From positions 320,001-384,000 of the forward strand of contig CAWBMP010000004.1 in assembly GCA_963790025.1 (NCBI GenBank): 64,000 nt of DNA. The letters are read 5' to 3'. Shown here one piece after another: positions 9,163 through 19,022 of this stretch. Under the pieces are notes generated by a model. That model made no database searches and was not told where the DNA came from. It saw nothing but the letters and a program-made list of their open reading frames with translations. Position numbers and translations under genes: made by a program. Source of the stretch: Nitrospirota bacterium (lineage in GTDB: Bacteria > Nitrospirota > Thermodesulfovibrionia > Thermodesulfovibrionales > Dissulfurispiraceae). The number at the start of each line of letters is the position of its first letter. Positions within the stretch are counted from its first letter, which is position 1.

Positions 9163-10256
9163 TAATCCTCCACATGCAGCACGTTGCCGCTCTTTCGCAG
9201 GCTCTTCCCCAGCAATCCTTCGGGCTTGAATATCATCAGTAATACGAGACCGATTCCAAGCATTAGCATACGGTAAAGCTGCACGTCCCGCAATATCTCA
9301 GGTAACAATACAAGAATAAAAGCACCCAAAATCGCACCGTAGATATTGCCGATCCCTCCCAATATCACCATGCTCAAAATCAGCACCGACTCTCCAAAAG
9401 TAAAGCTCTCAGGCGATATAAACCGCATTTTTGCTGCAAAAAGCACTCCCGCTATGCCTGCCCAAAAGGTGCCGAATGCAAAGGCATACAGCTTATATCG
9501 TGTCGTGTTTATACCCATGGAGGCGGCGGCAATTTCATTCTCGCGCAACGCTATCCAGGCCCTTCCTATCCTCGACCGCTCAACCCGCCTGATAATAAAA
9601 ACCGACAAGAGGACAATCACAAGGACAAGATAATAGAAATACCGCAAATTGCTCAGCGGCAAACCAAACAAGAACGGAGGAGCAATGCCCGATATACCGT
9701 TTGGACCTTTGGTAACGCTGTCCCAGTTATTCAGCACCAATCGAAGTATCTCGCCGAAGCCGAGCGTAACAATAGCAAGGTAATCACCCCTCAGCCTTAA
9801 TGCAGGCACCGCAACGAGCAGTCCTGTGCATGCACTGCATGCCGCCGAGATCGGCAAAGCGGGCCAGAATCCGACCCCCAGTTTTGTGTTAAGGAGTCCA
9901 TAGGTATAAGCGCCGATTGCATAAAATGCGGCAAAGCCCAGGTTCAGGAGTCCGGCATATCCAACAATAACATTAAGACCGAGCGCAAGGAGAATATAGA
10001 TGCCCGACATTATGAGCACATCGACATAATAATTGCTTACCAGGAAAGGAACTGCAAGCGCCAGCATAAAAAAGACCGGGAGAACATAAGGCCGGAAAAC
10101 CGAAACAACTGTATAGAGATATTTAAAGGGGGAGGTCCCCTTACGCAAGAAACGGAAAACCGGGATGCCTGCCGCGATTATCAGGAACAGGACCGCTGCT
10201 GCCTTCAGCCCCTTGAAGGGCAGGAACAATAGCGCCGCCCACAAGGCAATTCTCAC
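9162..10256 (-). CDS. livM: Branched-chain amino acid ABC transporter permease
   Basis: LRLRGDYLAIVTLGFGEI, GRAWIALRENE. Confidence 0.9.
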   Translation of the reverse strand: MRIALWAALLFLPFKGLKAAAVLFLIIAAGIPVFRFLRKGTSPFKYLYTVVSVFRPYVLPVFFMLALAVPFLVSNYYVDVLIMSGIYILLALGLNVIVGYAGLLNLGFAAFYAIGAYTYGLLNTKLGVGFWPALPISAACSACTGLLVAVPALRLRGDYLAIVTLGFGEILRLVLNNWDSVTKGPNGISGIAPPFLFGLPLSNLRYFYYLVLVIVLLSVFIIRRVERSRIGRAWIALRENEIAAASMGINTTRYKLYAFAFGTFWAGIAGVLFAAKMRFISPESFTFGESVLILSMVILGGIGNIYGAILGAFILVLLPEILRDVQLYRMLMLGIGLVLLMIFKPEGLLGKSLRKSGNVLHVED

Positions 10257-11152
10257 ACCTTTTCCTCCGAATGCCGCCCCATAATACCTGAAGGTTTTAT
10301 CAAAAGGATAATTATGAGAATTACAAAGGCATAGGCATCCTTATATTCGCTTGAAATATATGCAGCGCCTGTACTTTCTATAAGGCCGAGGATAAGACCG
10401 CCAAGCATGGCCCCGGGAATGCTTCCGATGCCGCCCAATACCGCTGCAGTAAAAGCCTTTATCCCCGCAACATACCCTATGTAATGATTGACCAATCCAT
10501 AGTAGGAGGCCACCATAACTCCGGCTACTGCTGCAAGTCCCGCACCGATGATAAAGGTAAGCGAAATAATGCTGTCAACGTTGATGCCGACCAGCGCCGC
10601 CATGGTCTTGTCCTGGGCAGTGGCCCTCATGGCCTTGCCCATGCGCGTTCTCTGAAACAAATGAAGGGAAATCATGAGCAAGGCGGACACTACAAGAATA
10701 ACTGCCTGAAGGGAAGTAATTTCTGCGTTCATGAAGTGCAGATGCTTTTCTCCAAAACGGTATGGGAACACCTTGTCCGTTGCACCCTGCGTAATCATGA
10801 CATAATTTTGAAGGAAGATCGAAACACCGATCGCGCTTATAAGGGGGCTCAATCTGGGAGCGTTTCTCAGAGGCTTATAGGCAACTTTTTCCATGGTAAA
10901 TCCGTAAGCAGAACAGAAAAAAACCGCCAAAACAACAGTCAGGAGCACAGCCAGCGGCATGCTGAAGGCGGTGAGACCGATGGAGGTAAAAATGCCGAGG
11001 AAAATAATGCCAAGATAAGCGCCGAGCATATAAATCTCCCCGTGGGCGAAGTTAATAAGTTCGAGGATGCCATATACCATGGTGTAGCCCAGGGCAATAA
11101 TGGCGTAAACGCTCCCAAGCGTCAAACCGTTAATGACTTGCTGGAGCAGCAT
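10253..11152 (-). CDS. livH: Branched-chain amino acid ABC transporter permease
   Basis: QQVINGLTLGSVYA...INFAHGE, KAFTAAVLGGIG. Confidence 0.92.
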   Translation of the reverse strand: MLLQQVINGLTLGSVYAIIALGYTMVYGILELINFAHGEIYMLGAYLGIIFLGIFTSIGLTAFSMPLAVLLTVVLAVFFCSAYGFTMEKVAYKPLRNAPRLSPLISAIGVSIFLQNYVMITQGATDKVFPYRFGEKHLHFMNAEITSLQAVILVVSALLMISLHLFQRTRMGKAMRATAQDKTMAALVGINVDSIISLTFIIGAGLAAVAGVMVASYYGLVNHYIGYVAGIKAFTAAVLGGIGSIPGAMLGGLILGLIESTGAAYISSEYKDAYAFVILIIILLIKPSGIMGRHSEEKV

Positions 11153-11259
11153 AGCATGAGATTGTAGCAAAAAGGCCGGAGTATTGTCATTTCTGTAATA
11201 ACTTAGTAACATCCTTATGTTAAGCTATTTATCAGTTTACCCATAGGAGGTAACAGAAG

Positions 11260-13011
11260 TTGCGCCGTTCATTTATCTCTCTAATTCTGCTTGCCTCCCT
11301 TTTGGCCGGCTACACCGCCAGTTATGCTGTATCTGACGATGATCCGGCAATACACGAGGCCGCAGAACGCCCAGTCCGCTGGAGTGACAGTCATGTTGCC
11401 TCAGGCACCACTCCTGATTCACATATCCACATAAAAATTCTTGCCATCAATGACTTTCACGGCCACCTGTCTGAAGGACGCATCATCGGCAACCGTCGGG
11501 CAGGCGGGGCTGCTGTACTGACATCATACCTTAAGGCGGCTGAAAGGGGCATAGAATACAGAACAATCATAGTGCATGCCGGTGATCACGTGGGAGCTTC
11601 TCCCCCGGTCTCTGCCCAGCTCAAAGATGAGCCTTCGATCATGTTCATGAACACACTTGCAAATAAACATTGTTCAAGTGGAGACCGGTCAGCCGAAAGG
11701 TGTAATATGGCCGCCACGATAGGGAACCACGAATTCGATAAAGGAGTGCCTGAAATGATGCGCCTCATATACGGAGGTAATCATCCTGAGGGTCCATTTC
11801 TTGAGGACCCCTGGCGCGGGGCTTTGTTTCCTTATGTGGTGTCAAATGTCGTAGATACAAAAACAGGAAGGCATATCCTGCCTCCATATGTTATAAAGAA
11901 TGTAAATGGCATTCGTATTGCCTTTATAGGCGTTGTGCTCAAAGACACGCCTTCCATTATATCTGCCTCTGCATCAGCAGGTCTTACTTTTCTTGATGAG
12001 GCAGGGTCCGTAAACAAATATATTCCCGAATTCAGGGCCAAACATGTGGAGGCTGTCATTGTGCTGATACATCAGGGAGGCTACCAGTCTTCATACCGGG
12101 GCGCAACACTGTCCGGACAAACTGTCGAGGGTCCCATTACCGATATAGTCTCACGCCTGGATGATAAAGTAGACATTGTCATATCCGGTCATACACACAC
12201 ATTTATCAATGCCCTTTTGAAAAATAAACGCGGCAAAGACATCCTGGTTACCCAGGCTTTTTCCTACGGTACTGCCTACGCTGATATCGATCTTGACATA
12301 GACCGCAACACGAAAAGAATTATCGGGAAGTCGGCTTCCATTGTCACCACTTATGACGATGCAGGCCCGGGGTTGACTCCAGACCCGGCAGTTTCAAAGC
12401 TCGTGGCAGCGGCTGAAGCAAAAGTGGGACCTCTGGTCCATCGCGTCATAGGACAGACATTAACAGAGATTACCGGCACACAGAACAGTGACGGGGAATC
12501 GGCACTCGGCAATCTGATTGCCGATGCCCAGAGGGCAGCTTATGACGCCGATTTCGCCTTTACGAACCCTGGCGGGATACGCGACGATATACATGCAGGA
12601 CCCGTTACATGGGGGCAACTCTACAGCGTGCAGCCATTCAACAATTATATGGTCAGGATGAATCTTACAGGCAGACAGATCTATGAGCTGTTAAATGAGC
12701 AGTGGCTTGATCAACCGCATCCGCGCATGCTCCAGATCTCGGGTCTCACTTACACGTGGGACAGTACGCTTCCGGCGGGCAAAGGCGTTGCAGAAATACG
12801 CCGTAACGGCAGGCCGATTGATCCTGCTTTGGTTTACACCGTAGTTGTGAACAGCTTTCTCGCCGGTGGGGGGGATAATTTCAAGGTCCTCGCCAGGGGG
12901 ACAAACCGGACAACAGGAATTATCGATCTTGACGCACTTGTGAACTATATCCGGAAATTGCCGCAGCCTTTTTCAGCACAGATAACCGGAAGGATCAAGA
13001 AAATCAAGTAA
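11260..13011 (+). CDS. Periplasmic bifunctional metallophosphatase/5'-nucleotidase
   Basis: Signal peptide, NDFHG, GD, GNHEFD, GHTH, NPGGIR; AGGAGG RBS before TTG. Confidence 0.9.
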   Translation: MRRSFISLILLASLLAGYTASYAVSDDDPAIHEAAERPVRWSDSHVASGTTPDSHIHIKILAINDFHGHLSEGRIIGNRRAGGAAVLTSYLKAAERGIEYRTIIVHAGDHVGASPPVSAQLKDEPSIMFMNTLANKHCSSGDRSAERCNMAATIGNHEFDKGVPEMMRLIYGGNHPEGPFLEDPWRGALFPYVVSNVVDTKTGRHILPPYVIKNVNGIRIAFIGVVLKDTPSIISASASAGLTFLDEAGSVNKYIPEFRAKHVEAVIVLIHQGGYQSSYRGATLSGQTVEGPITDIVSRLDDKVDIVISGHTHTFINALLKNKRGKDILVTQAFSYGTAYADIDLDIDRNTKRIIGKSASIVTTYDDAGPGLTPDPAVSKLVAAAEAKVGPLVHRVIGQTLTEITGTQNSDGESALGNLIADAQRAAYDADFAFTNPGGIRDDIHAGPVTWGQLYSVQPFNNYMVRMNLTGRQIYELLNEQWLDQPHPRMLQISGLTYTWDSTLPAGKGVAEIRRNGRPIDPALVYTVVVNSFLAGGGDNFKVLARGTNRTTGIIDLDALVNYIRKLPQPFSAQITGRIKKIK

Positions 13012-13027
13012 AAACCTCCAACTTTTT

Positions 13028-13948
13028 TTACTTTTTACTTAAATAACTTTCAGGGTTTTCCGTTATGCACTTCATTATCATGTCTTTGGCCAATCCAGTT
13101 TCTATCAGCCTCGATGCTGCCTCGGGTATGCTCATACTGCCCCCTATAAGAGTCCCATTTCTGTCGGTAACGCCCTGAACAGGCATTCTCGTTTTTGACT
13201 CACGCACCGAATCAGACACGATTATTATTCTTGAGGGATTTTTTACTTTGAATATCAAGCCAATTGTTGCGCAGTGCAGATGGTTGGGATCAGCAATGAC
13301 TTCAATATAGACCTCCCGGTTGTGAAGTCCGAATCCGGCAATCCCCGGCTCGCGGTGGTGAAATGAACGCATCGCATTAAATATATGCGTGATGCCATGT
13401 GCGCCTGCGTTAAACCCTCTCTCCGCCTCACTGTATGTAGCATCCGAGTGTCCCATGCTCGGAATAATCCCCCTATCAGCTATCTTCTTTATTAACCCTG
13501 CCGCGCCGTTCATTTCAGGTGCAATGGTGATGATTTTTACCATCTCCTCAAATCCCTCAATAAGCTCCTGCAAATAATATTCCGTAGGCTCCAGGAACAC
13601 CATTGCATTCAAAGAGCCGCATTTTGAGAAATTCAGAAATGGACCTTCAAGGTGCACTCCGGCAATCCTGGATGCTTCGTGGAAAACAGCCGGGGTGTCC
13701 TTTTCCCGTACTCTGAGGCTTCTGTCTTCTGTCTGTCTTCTGCCCTCCGATTTCTGCTTCTCCATCGCCTTCCTGACGACTTCCATATTCTGCCTCATGA
13801 CTTTTATCGTTGAAGGGTATATGGTGGGGACAATTTCAGAAACGCCAAGCAAGCCCTGAATATCCGCCATTGCGAGAATATGCTCCTTGTCGGCAGTCCG
13901 CGTGTCGTACCCGCCAATGCCGTGTGTATGCACATCGATAACTTTCAT
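13028..13948 (-). CDS. nagA: N-acetylglucosamine-6-phosphate deacetylase-like amidohydrolase (compact form)
   Basis: IDVHTHG, HLEGPF, TIAPE, GHSDAT, THIFNAM, IAD, VSD motifs. Confidence 0.85.
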   Translation of the reverse strand: MKVIDVHTHGIGGYDTRTADKEHILAMADIQGLLGVSEIVPTIYPSTIKVMRQNMEVVRKAMEKQKSEGRRQTEDRSLRVREKDTPAVFHEASRIAGVHLEGPFLNFSKCGSLNAMVFLEPTEYYLQELIEGFEEMVKIITIAPEMNGAAGLIKKIADRGIIPSMGHSDATYSEAERGFNAGAHGITHIFNAMRSFHHREPGIAGFGLHNREVYIEVIADPNHLHCATIGLIFKVKNPSRIIIVSDSVRESKTRMPVQGVTDRNGTLIGGSMSIPEAASRLIETGLAKDMIMKCITENPESYLSKK

Positions 13949-13966
13949 AAGGGTATATTATCACAC

Positions 13967-14065
13967 GGTAAAAGGTGAAAGGTAAAAGATAAAGGGTTAA
14001 AGGCAAAACAATAATAAAATAAAAACTTCTGTGTTTCTTCTTTTACCTTTGACCTTTGACCTTTT
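13967..14065. repeat. Inverted array of 7-mer repeats (aggtaaa/tttacct) between divergent genes
   Basis: ggtaaaaggtgaaaggtaaaagataaagggttaaaggcaaaa ... ttttacctttgacctttgacctttt. Confidence 0.75.
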
Positions 14066-14110
14066 GCTCTTGCGGTTATGTTTTGCTATAGTTAGTTATA
14101 AAACACATAC

Positions 14111-14866
14111 ATGGAGGAAACAGTGGTTGTTTTTGGAAAATGGACAAGGGACTCCCTGGAGGATATTCTGCGTGAGTCATCCTCATACAGTACACCGGGG
14201 CAACGCATACAGTATCTTTCATCTTTTTTCCTGGGTGTTGCTTATAAAGAGTCGACCCTGATCGGCGACATCGGCACACCGGAAATGCTGGTAATTAATC
14301 TTCAGGAAGTCGACTGCATTACCTTCATCGAGTACATCGAAGCTATGCGCCTGTCGGGCTCGTTTGAGGACTTTGAAAGAAAACTGAAGAAAATAAGATA
14401 CCGTTCCGGGAAGGTCGCCTTTACCGCAAGAAAGCACTTCTTCACGGACTGGAGTGAATTTAACAGGGATTATGTCGACGATGTCACAAGACATATAGGG
14501 GGCCGCAAAACAATACGCATCCGCAAACAATTGAATATCAGGGAGGACGGGACAGCCTTTCTCTATGGCATTAAACCATGCGAGCGTGAAATCGCCTATA
14601 TACCTTCCGACGCACTGGCCGATGAACGTGCTGACGCCCTTGCAGATTCGGTCCTTGATACTCTGCAGACCGGTGACTATATAGGTATTTACTCGGGCAC
14701 GCCCGGTCTTGATGTGTCACATGCGGGCATATTCATCAAAGACGGAGCCAAGGCATATCTGAGGCATGCCTCAGCCGTAAAAGAGCAGAGGAAAGTGATC
14801 GACCAGGATTTTAAAAACTACATGACTGCCAAACCCGGGATTGTTGTACTCAGACCAAAAAGTTAG
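14111..14866 (+). CDS. DUF1460 NlpC/P60-like N-acetylmuramoyl-L-alanine amidase
   Basis: FLGVAYKESTL, VDCITFIEY (catalytic Cys), RKHFFTDW, GLDVSHAG (His), LRHAS. Confidence 0.85.
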   Translation: MEETVVVFGKWTRDSLEDILRESSSYSTPGQRIQYLSSFFLGVAYKESTLIGDIGTPEMLVINLQEVDCITFIEYIEAMRLSGSFEDFERKLKKIRYRSGKVAFTARKHFFTDWSEFNRDYVDDVTRHIGGRKTIRIRKQLNIREDGTAFLYGIKPCEREIAYIPSDALADERADALADSVLDTLQTGDYIGIYSGTPGLDVSHAGIFIKDGAKAYLRHASAVKEQRKVIDQDFKNYMTAKPGIVVLRPKS

Positions 14867-14926
14867 GCAATAGGCAATGGGCCACAGTTAAAAAAAATAA
14901 AACTGTGGCCCATTGCCTATTGCCTA
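14864..14926. terminator. Perfect 26-bp hairpin between convergent genes, probable bidirectional terminator
   Basis: taggcaataggcaatgggccacagtt / aactgtggcccattgcctattgccta. Confidence 0.75.
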
Positions 14927-16165
14927 TGGCCTGACTTTGCCTATGGCCGCAATGTCGTCTCTCATCCACCACAGAAGTAAGAGTCCAGGGACCGCAGATA
15001 TTGTAGCCAGCAAAAAGAAATGGGCCCAGCCCACCGTTTCAACAACGTATCCTGATGAGGGCGCTATAAATATTCTACCCAGTGCCGCGAGCGATGACAG
15101 CAAGGCATACTGGGTTGCACTATATCTCTGATTGCATAGTGCCATAAGAAGAGAAACAAATGCCGCCGTTCCCATGCCGCCGCAAAGATTCTCAAAGGCG
15201 ACGGCAACGATCATCACCGGATAGCTCTTGCCTGCCAATGCGAGCACCATAAACGACAGGACAGATACCGCCTGCAGTATGCCGAATGTCATAAGCGATT
15301 TATATAGCCCGAGCCGCACCATAAGCGTACCTCCAAACAACGCGCCGATTATCAGTGAAACCAGGCCCAATCCCTTATTTATCGCACCCACATCGGTAGG
15401 AGAAAACCCGAGTCCTCTTATAAGGAACGCAGTCGTCATAGTCCCTGCATATGCATCACCGATTTTATACAACACAATTACCAGGAGGAGCGCAAAAGCC
15501 GAGGGGCGTGAGAAGAAATCTTGAAGCGGTCCCCACGCCGCCTCGCGAACACTTTTAGGCGGGGTTATTTTCTCATCGGGCTCCGGACCCATGGCAGTTG
15601 CAGCCATGCCCGCAACCATTATCAATGACATAAGAAGATACGTATAGCGCCAGCCTATTCTGTCTGAAAGGATAAGCGCAACTGCGCCGGACACAATCAT
15701 CGCTATCCGGTAGCCCATAACAAAAACTGCGGCCCCTATACCAAGCTCCTTCTCATGCAGCACATCGGTCCGATATGCATCAACAACGATATCTTGTGAT
15801 GCCGATGCAAAAGCGACGACTGCCGCTAAGGCCCCCATTGCAAGAGGGTACTGCCGTGGAGAACTGAAGGCCATTGCAGCGATGCCCCCAATTAGGCATA
15901 ACTGTGCAATAAGTATCCAACCTCTCCTTCTACCCAGCCATGGCGGTATAAACCGGTCCATAACGGGCGACCAGATGAACTTCAATGTGTACGGAAGTCC
16001 TACGAGCGCGAAAATACCGATAGTACGCAGGTCCACTCCGGCAACCGCCATCCACGCCTGCAATGTTCCGCCGGTCAGCGCGAGCGGAAGGCCCGAGGAA
16101 AATCCGAGCAGCATGACAGTTGCAATGCGGCGGCTGTGAAATACCTGAAGATATTTATTAAACAT
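14924..16165 (-). CDS. ampG: Muropeptide MFS transporter
   Basis: LGFSSGLPLAL, KFIWSP, GRRRGW, SASQDIVVDAY, SATQYALLSSL. Confidence 0.93.
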   Translation of the reverse strand: MFNKYLQVFHSRRIATVMLLGFSSGLPLALTGGTLQAWMAVAGVDLRTIGIFALVGLPYTLKFIWSPVMDRFIPPWLGRRRGWILIAQLCLIGGIAAMAFSSPRQYPLAMGALAAVVAFASASQDIVVDAYRTDVLHEKELGIGAAVFVMGYRIAMIVSGAVALILSDRIGWRYTYLLMSLIMVAGMAATAMGPEPDEKITPPKSVREAAWGPLQDFFSRPSAFALLLVIVLYKIGDAYAGTMTTAFLIRGLGFSPTDVGAINKGLGLVSLIIGALFGGTLMVRLGLYKSLMTFGILQAVSVLSFMVLALAGKSYPVMIVAVAFENLCGGMGTAAFVSLLMALCNQRYSATQYALLSSLAALGRIFIAPSSGYVVETVGWAHFFLLATISAVPGLLLLWWMRDDIAAIGKVRP

Positions 16166-16175
16166 AGGCAAAGAC

Positions 16176-16257
16176 AGGTAAAAAGTTAAAAGTAAGGAAA
16201 AAAATTTGTTTACTTTGTTTTCATTACTTTTTACTTCTTACCTTTTACTTTCTACTT
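16176..16257. repeat. Inverted array of 7-mer repeats (aagtaaa/tttactt)
   Basis: aggtaaaaagttaaaagtaagg ... tactttttacttcttaccttttactttctactt. Confidence 0.65.
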
Positions 16258-16512
16258 CTATTGTGTTTCATTCATCTCTTTGAAAAGCTCCTTTAAAACC
16301 TCCTCTATTTCCTGGTAGGTCATCCATCCCCTGTCAAAAAATATGCTCCCTATGACCCTGTGACGATTTCCGCAAAGATCATCATCGACCTGTTCCGACA
16401 GCGCTAATTTGAGCTGTTCCGGCGTTATAAAACCCATATCCACTGCTGTCTTGCCGAATCTGGGACAGAGTTGTTTCGTAATCCCCCTTTCACTGCTCTC
16501 TTTCATTGACAT
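16258..16512 (-). CDS. Small hypothetical protein resembling GspE/PilB N-terminal (MshEN-like) repeats
   Basis: RFGKTAVDMGFITPEQLKLALSEQ and RVIGSIFFDRGWMTYQEIEEVL; GGAGG RBS. Confidence 0.6.
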   Translation of the reverse strand: MSMKESSERGITKQLCPRFGKTAVDMGFITPEQLKLALSEQVDDDLCGNRHRVIGSIFFDRGWMTYQEIEEVLKELFKEMNETQ

Positions 16513-16527
16513 TCCTCCCCTGCATAC

Positions 16528-16645
16528 AGATAAAAAATTAACCACGGAGTTCACGGAGAAATGCTCTGGGCACTCCGTAAGAATTTATATGGCTTGTTTA
16601 TATCAAAGGATTCCTCTGTGCACTCTGTGGTTTAATCTTTTATCT
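16528..16645. repeat. Inverted repeat element with 9-mer periodic arms
   Basis: agataaaaaattaaccacggagttcacggagaaat versus reverse complement of right arm agataaaagattaaaccacagagtgcacagaggaat. Confidence 0.8.
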
Positions 16646-16653
16646 TTGGTCTT

Positions 16654-18150
16654 TCACCTCCGAATACCAAGTTTGACCGGAAGCCGCCCCATAAAATCAA
16701 TTTCACTTTTCAGGCACTTTATCACAGCCTCTTGTACCCGATACGTCGGCTCGTAAGCCGCGATTAGTATATCAGCTTCTCCAAAATAGCGCAAAACATA
16801 AGGGCTGCCGAAAGAGACAACTATAGACTTTTTTGAGCGCTTTATCAGTCGGGATATCTTCTCTCTGTCCTTTCCGGTAAGCCCCGAATTCCCTTTCCAG
16901 GCGGCAACGCTCGTAAATAGCGCAAAAAGCAACGTCTCATCTCTCATAGCATCTATATCGCCTGGACTGGAGAACACCCGCAGATGGTCCTTAAGCGGTA
17001 ATGACGATAAAGGCGATGGGTCTCCTGCAATGATAAGCCGGACATCTCTTTTTTCATTTAACGGCAGCATCCCCGGCGTATGCTTAACAAGCGTAATTGA
17101 CCTGCCAGCAATGGAGGATGACAGCAGCCGGTTGCCGTCGTAGTCAGGTCCTCCTCCCACTATACGCTCCAGGCGTTCTTTTGCTTTTACAATGCGGCCT
17201 ACTGCATTGTCTATCGTCTTCTCTTGCACTTCTCCCGATGCAACCGCAGACCGCAACCGGCTTACCGCAGCATCAGCGTCGGCAGGATGGAGCAGAATGT
17301 CCGTCCCCGCATTTATGCACTTGACAGGAGCATCCTGCGCGTTACCCAGAGCATGCATATCAAGCGCATCAGTCAGTATGAGACCCTTAAAGCCGAGTTC
17401 CTCCCGCAGTAGGTCATGCATAATCTTTTTTGAAAAAGTCGCAGGCATATCGTCAATGGAGGGAACTGCCAGATGCCCGATCATTATGCTGCTGACGCCG
17501 GTTTCTATGGCCTTGATAAAAGGAACAAGGTCAACACCCTGTAAGTCTTCTTTTGACTTTTTAATGACCGGCAGCGCAATATGTGAATCAATGGCCGTAT
17601 CCCCATGACCGGGGAAATGCTTGGCACAACTGATCAGTCCTGTGCGCTCCAGCGCCCTGATATATTCCGAGCCGAACCATGACACGGTTTCAGGGTCATC
17701 AGAAAAAGCCCTCGTACATATTATGGGGTTATCAGGCTCCTGATTGACATCCAAAACAGGAATAAGCGGCATATTGATTCCATTATCAATCGCCTCATCA
17801 GCGACACCTTTGAGGGCATCTTCCAGGAGCAGCGCGTCTTCGGAATTCCCACGGTCCAGCGCCGCAGCCATTGCCATCGGGCAGGGAAGCACAGAGGCCC
17901 CTTTTATTTGCTGTCCTGCGCCCCTTTCAATATCAGAGGCAATAAACAATGCAATATCGGCAAGGGATTGAAGTTCACGTATAAAATCCCCTATTTCACC
18001 CCTTGTGCCTCCGAAAACGATAAATCCGCCGATACCTTTTTTTACAAGGGATGTAAGCCTGCTCCGATAGGAGGCGTTATGGATGTCGTCCCCGTTGAGT
18101 CTGCTGATAACAAGTTGATAGAGCCGCTTTTCAAGAGTATCAGGTTTCAC
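16654..18150 (-). CDS. nagZ: Glycoside hydrolase family 3 beta-N-acetylhexosaminidase
   Basis: KHFPGHGDTAIDSH NagZ signature, ASDIERG, LTDALDM, C-terminal SFGSPY domain. Confidence 0.88.
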   Translation of the reverse strand: MKPDTLEKRLYQLVISRLNGDDIHNASYRSRLTSLVKKGIGGFIVFGGTRGEIGDFIRELQSLADIALFIASDIERGAGQQIKGASVLPCPMAMAAALDRGNSEDALLLEDALKGVADEAIDNGINMPLIPVLDVNQEPDNPIICTRAFSDDPETVSWFGSEYIRALERTGLISCAKHFPGHGDTAIDSHIALPVIKKSKEDLQGVDLVPFIKAIETGVSSIMIGHLAVPSIDDMPATFSKKIMHDLLREELGFKGLILTDALDMHALGNAQDAPVKCINAGTDILLHPADADAAVSRLRSAVASGEVQEKTIDNAVGRIVKAKERLERIVGGGPDYDGNRLLSSSIAGRSITLVKHTPGMLPLNEKRDVRLIIAGDPSPLSSLPLKDHLRVFSSPGDIDAMRDETLLFALFTSVAAWKGNSGLTGKDREKISRLIKRSKKSIVVSFGSPYVLRYFGEADILIAAYEPTYRVQEAVIKCLKSEIDFMGRLPVKLGIRR

Positions 18151-19016
18151 CTTTTTATTTCCAAACTTTTGTCGTAGAGTTCTTTCCTGCTGAGGCCGTA
18201 TTCCTCAGCAACAATTTTTACCGCCTCTTTTCGGCCCCTTCCCTTTTTCATCAGGGTCCTGATTTCGCTTACTGCTTCTTCCATTCTCACTACAAAAAGT
18301 CCCTGACCTTCAGGAGACCCCGCCATTGTCATGCCCTCTTTCCGGTCTCCTTCTACAAGTATTACATATTCACCCGCTGTTGTAAGTTGCTCAAGTGCTT
18401 CCCGCACAGCAGCAAGCCCACCCCGCACCGTACCCTCATGCAGTTTTGTAATTTCCTTTACAACCGCGGCCTCGCGGGGCCCGAAGATTGCCTCCATGTC
18501 CAAAAGCGCGGCGATCAAACGGTGAGGGGCCTCATAAAAAACAAGGGTCCTGGATTCATGTTTAAGCCCGGCAAGTTTTTTTTGCCGCTGGACCGTCTTT
18601 GACGGGAGAAAACCTATAAAAGTGAATTCCTCGGTGGGGAGTCCCGAGATAGAAAGAGCGGCAATGAGAGCGGACGGCCCTGGGATGGGAAAGACTGCAA
18701 GCCCCTCCTCAATGGCCCTCTTGATAACAACGGCGCCGGGATCGGAAATCCCGGGGGTCCCCGCATCCGAAACGACCGCAACCGAGAATCCTGCCCGGAG
18801 TTTTGAGATGATTTCTTCGGCTTTGGTCTTTTCCCGCTCGGACCAGTAGCTTAGCAGCGGTTTCCTTATGCCATAGGAATTGAGGAGCTTCAGCGAATGC
18901 CTCGTATCCTCCGCCGCTATATAATCCACCTCCTTAAGTATCCTCAACGCCCGGAGCGTTATATCCTCGAGGTTGCCTATCGGTGTTGCAACAATATAGA
19001 GCGTTCCATCCGGCAA
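18147..19016 (-). CDS. rsmI: 16S rRNA (cytidine1402-2'-O)-methyltransferase
   Basis: LYIVATPIGNLEDITLRA, SDAGTPGISDPG, YEAPHR, KEITKLHE. Confidence 0.95.
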   Translation of the reverse strand: MPDGTLYIVATPIGNLEDITLRALRILKEVDYIAAEDTRHSLKLLNSYGIRKPLLSYWSEREKTKAEEIISKLRAGFSVAVVSDAGTPGISDPGAVVIKRAIEEGLAVFPIPGPSALIAALSISGLPTEEFTFIGFLPSKTVQRQKKLAGLKHESRTLVFYEAPHRLIAALLDMEAIFGPREAAVVKEITKLHEGTVRGGLAAVREALEQLTTAGEYVILVEGDRKEGMTMAGSPEGQGLFVVRMEEAVSEIRTLMKKGRGRKEAVKIVAEEYGLSRKELYDKSLEIKR

Positions 19017-19022
19017 CGAATA

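Noticed and set aside
10484..11167. 227-aa ORF on the + strand
   Set aside because: Antisense shadow of livH
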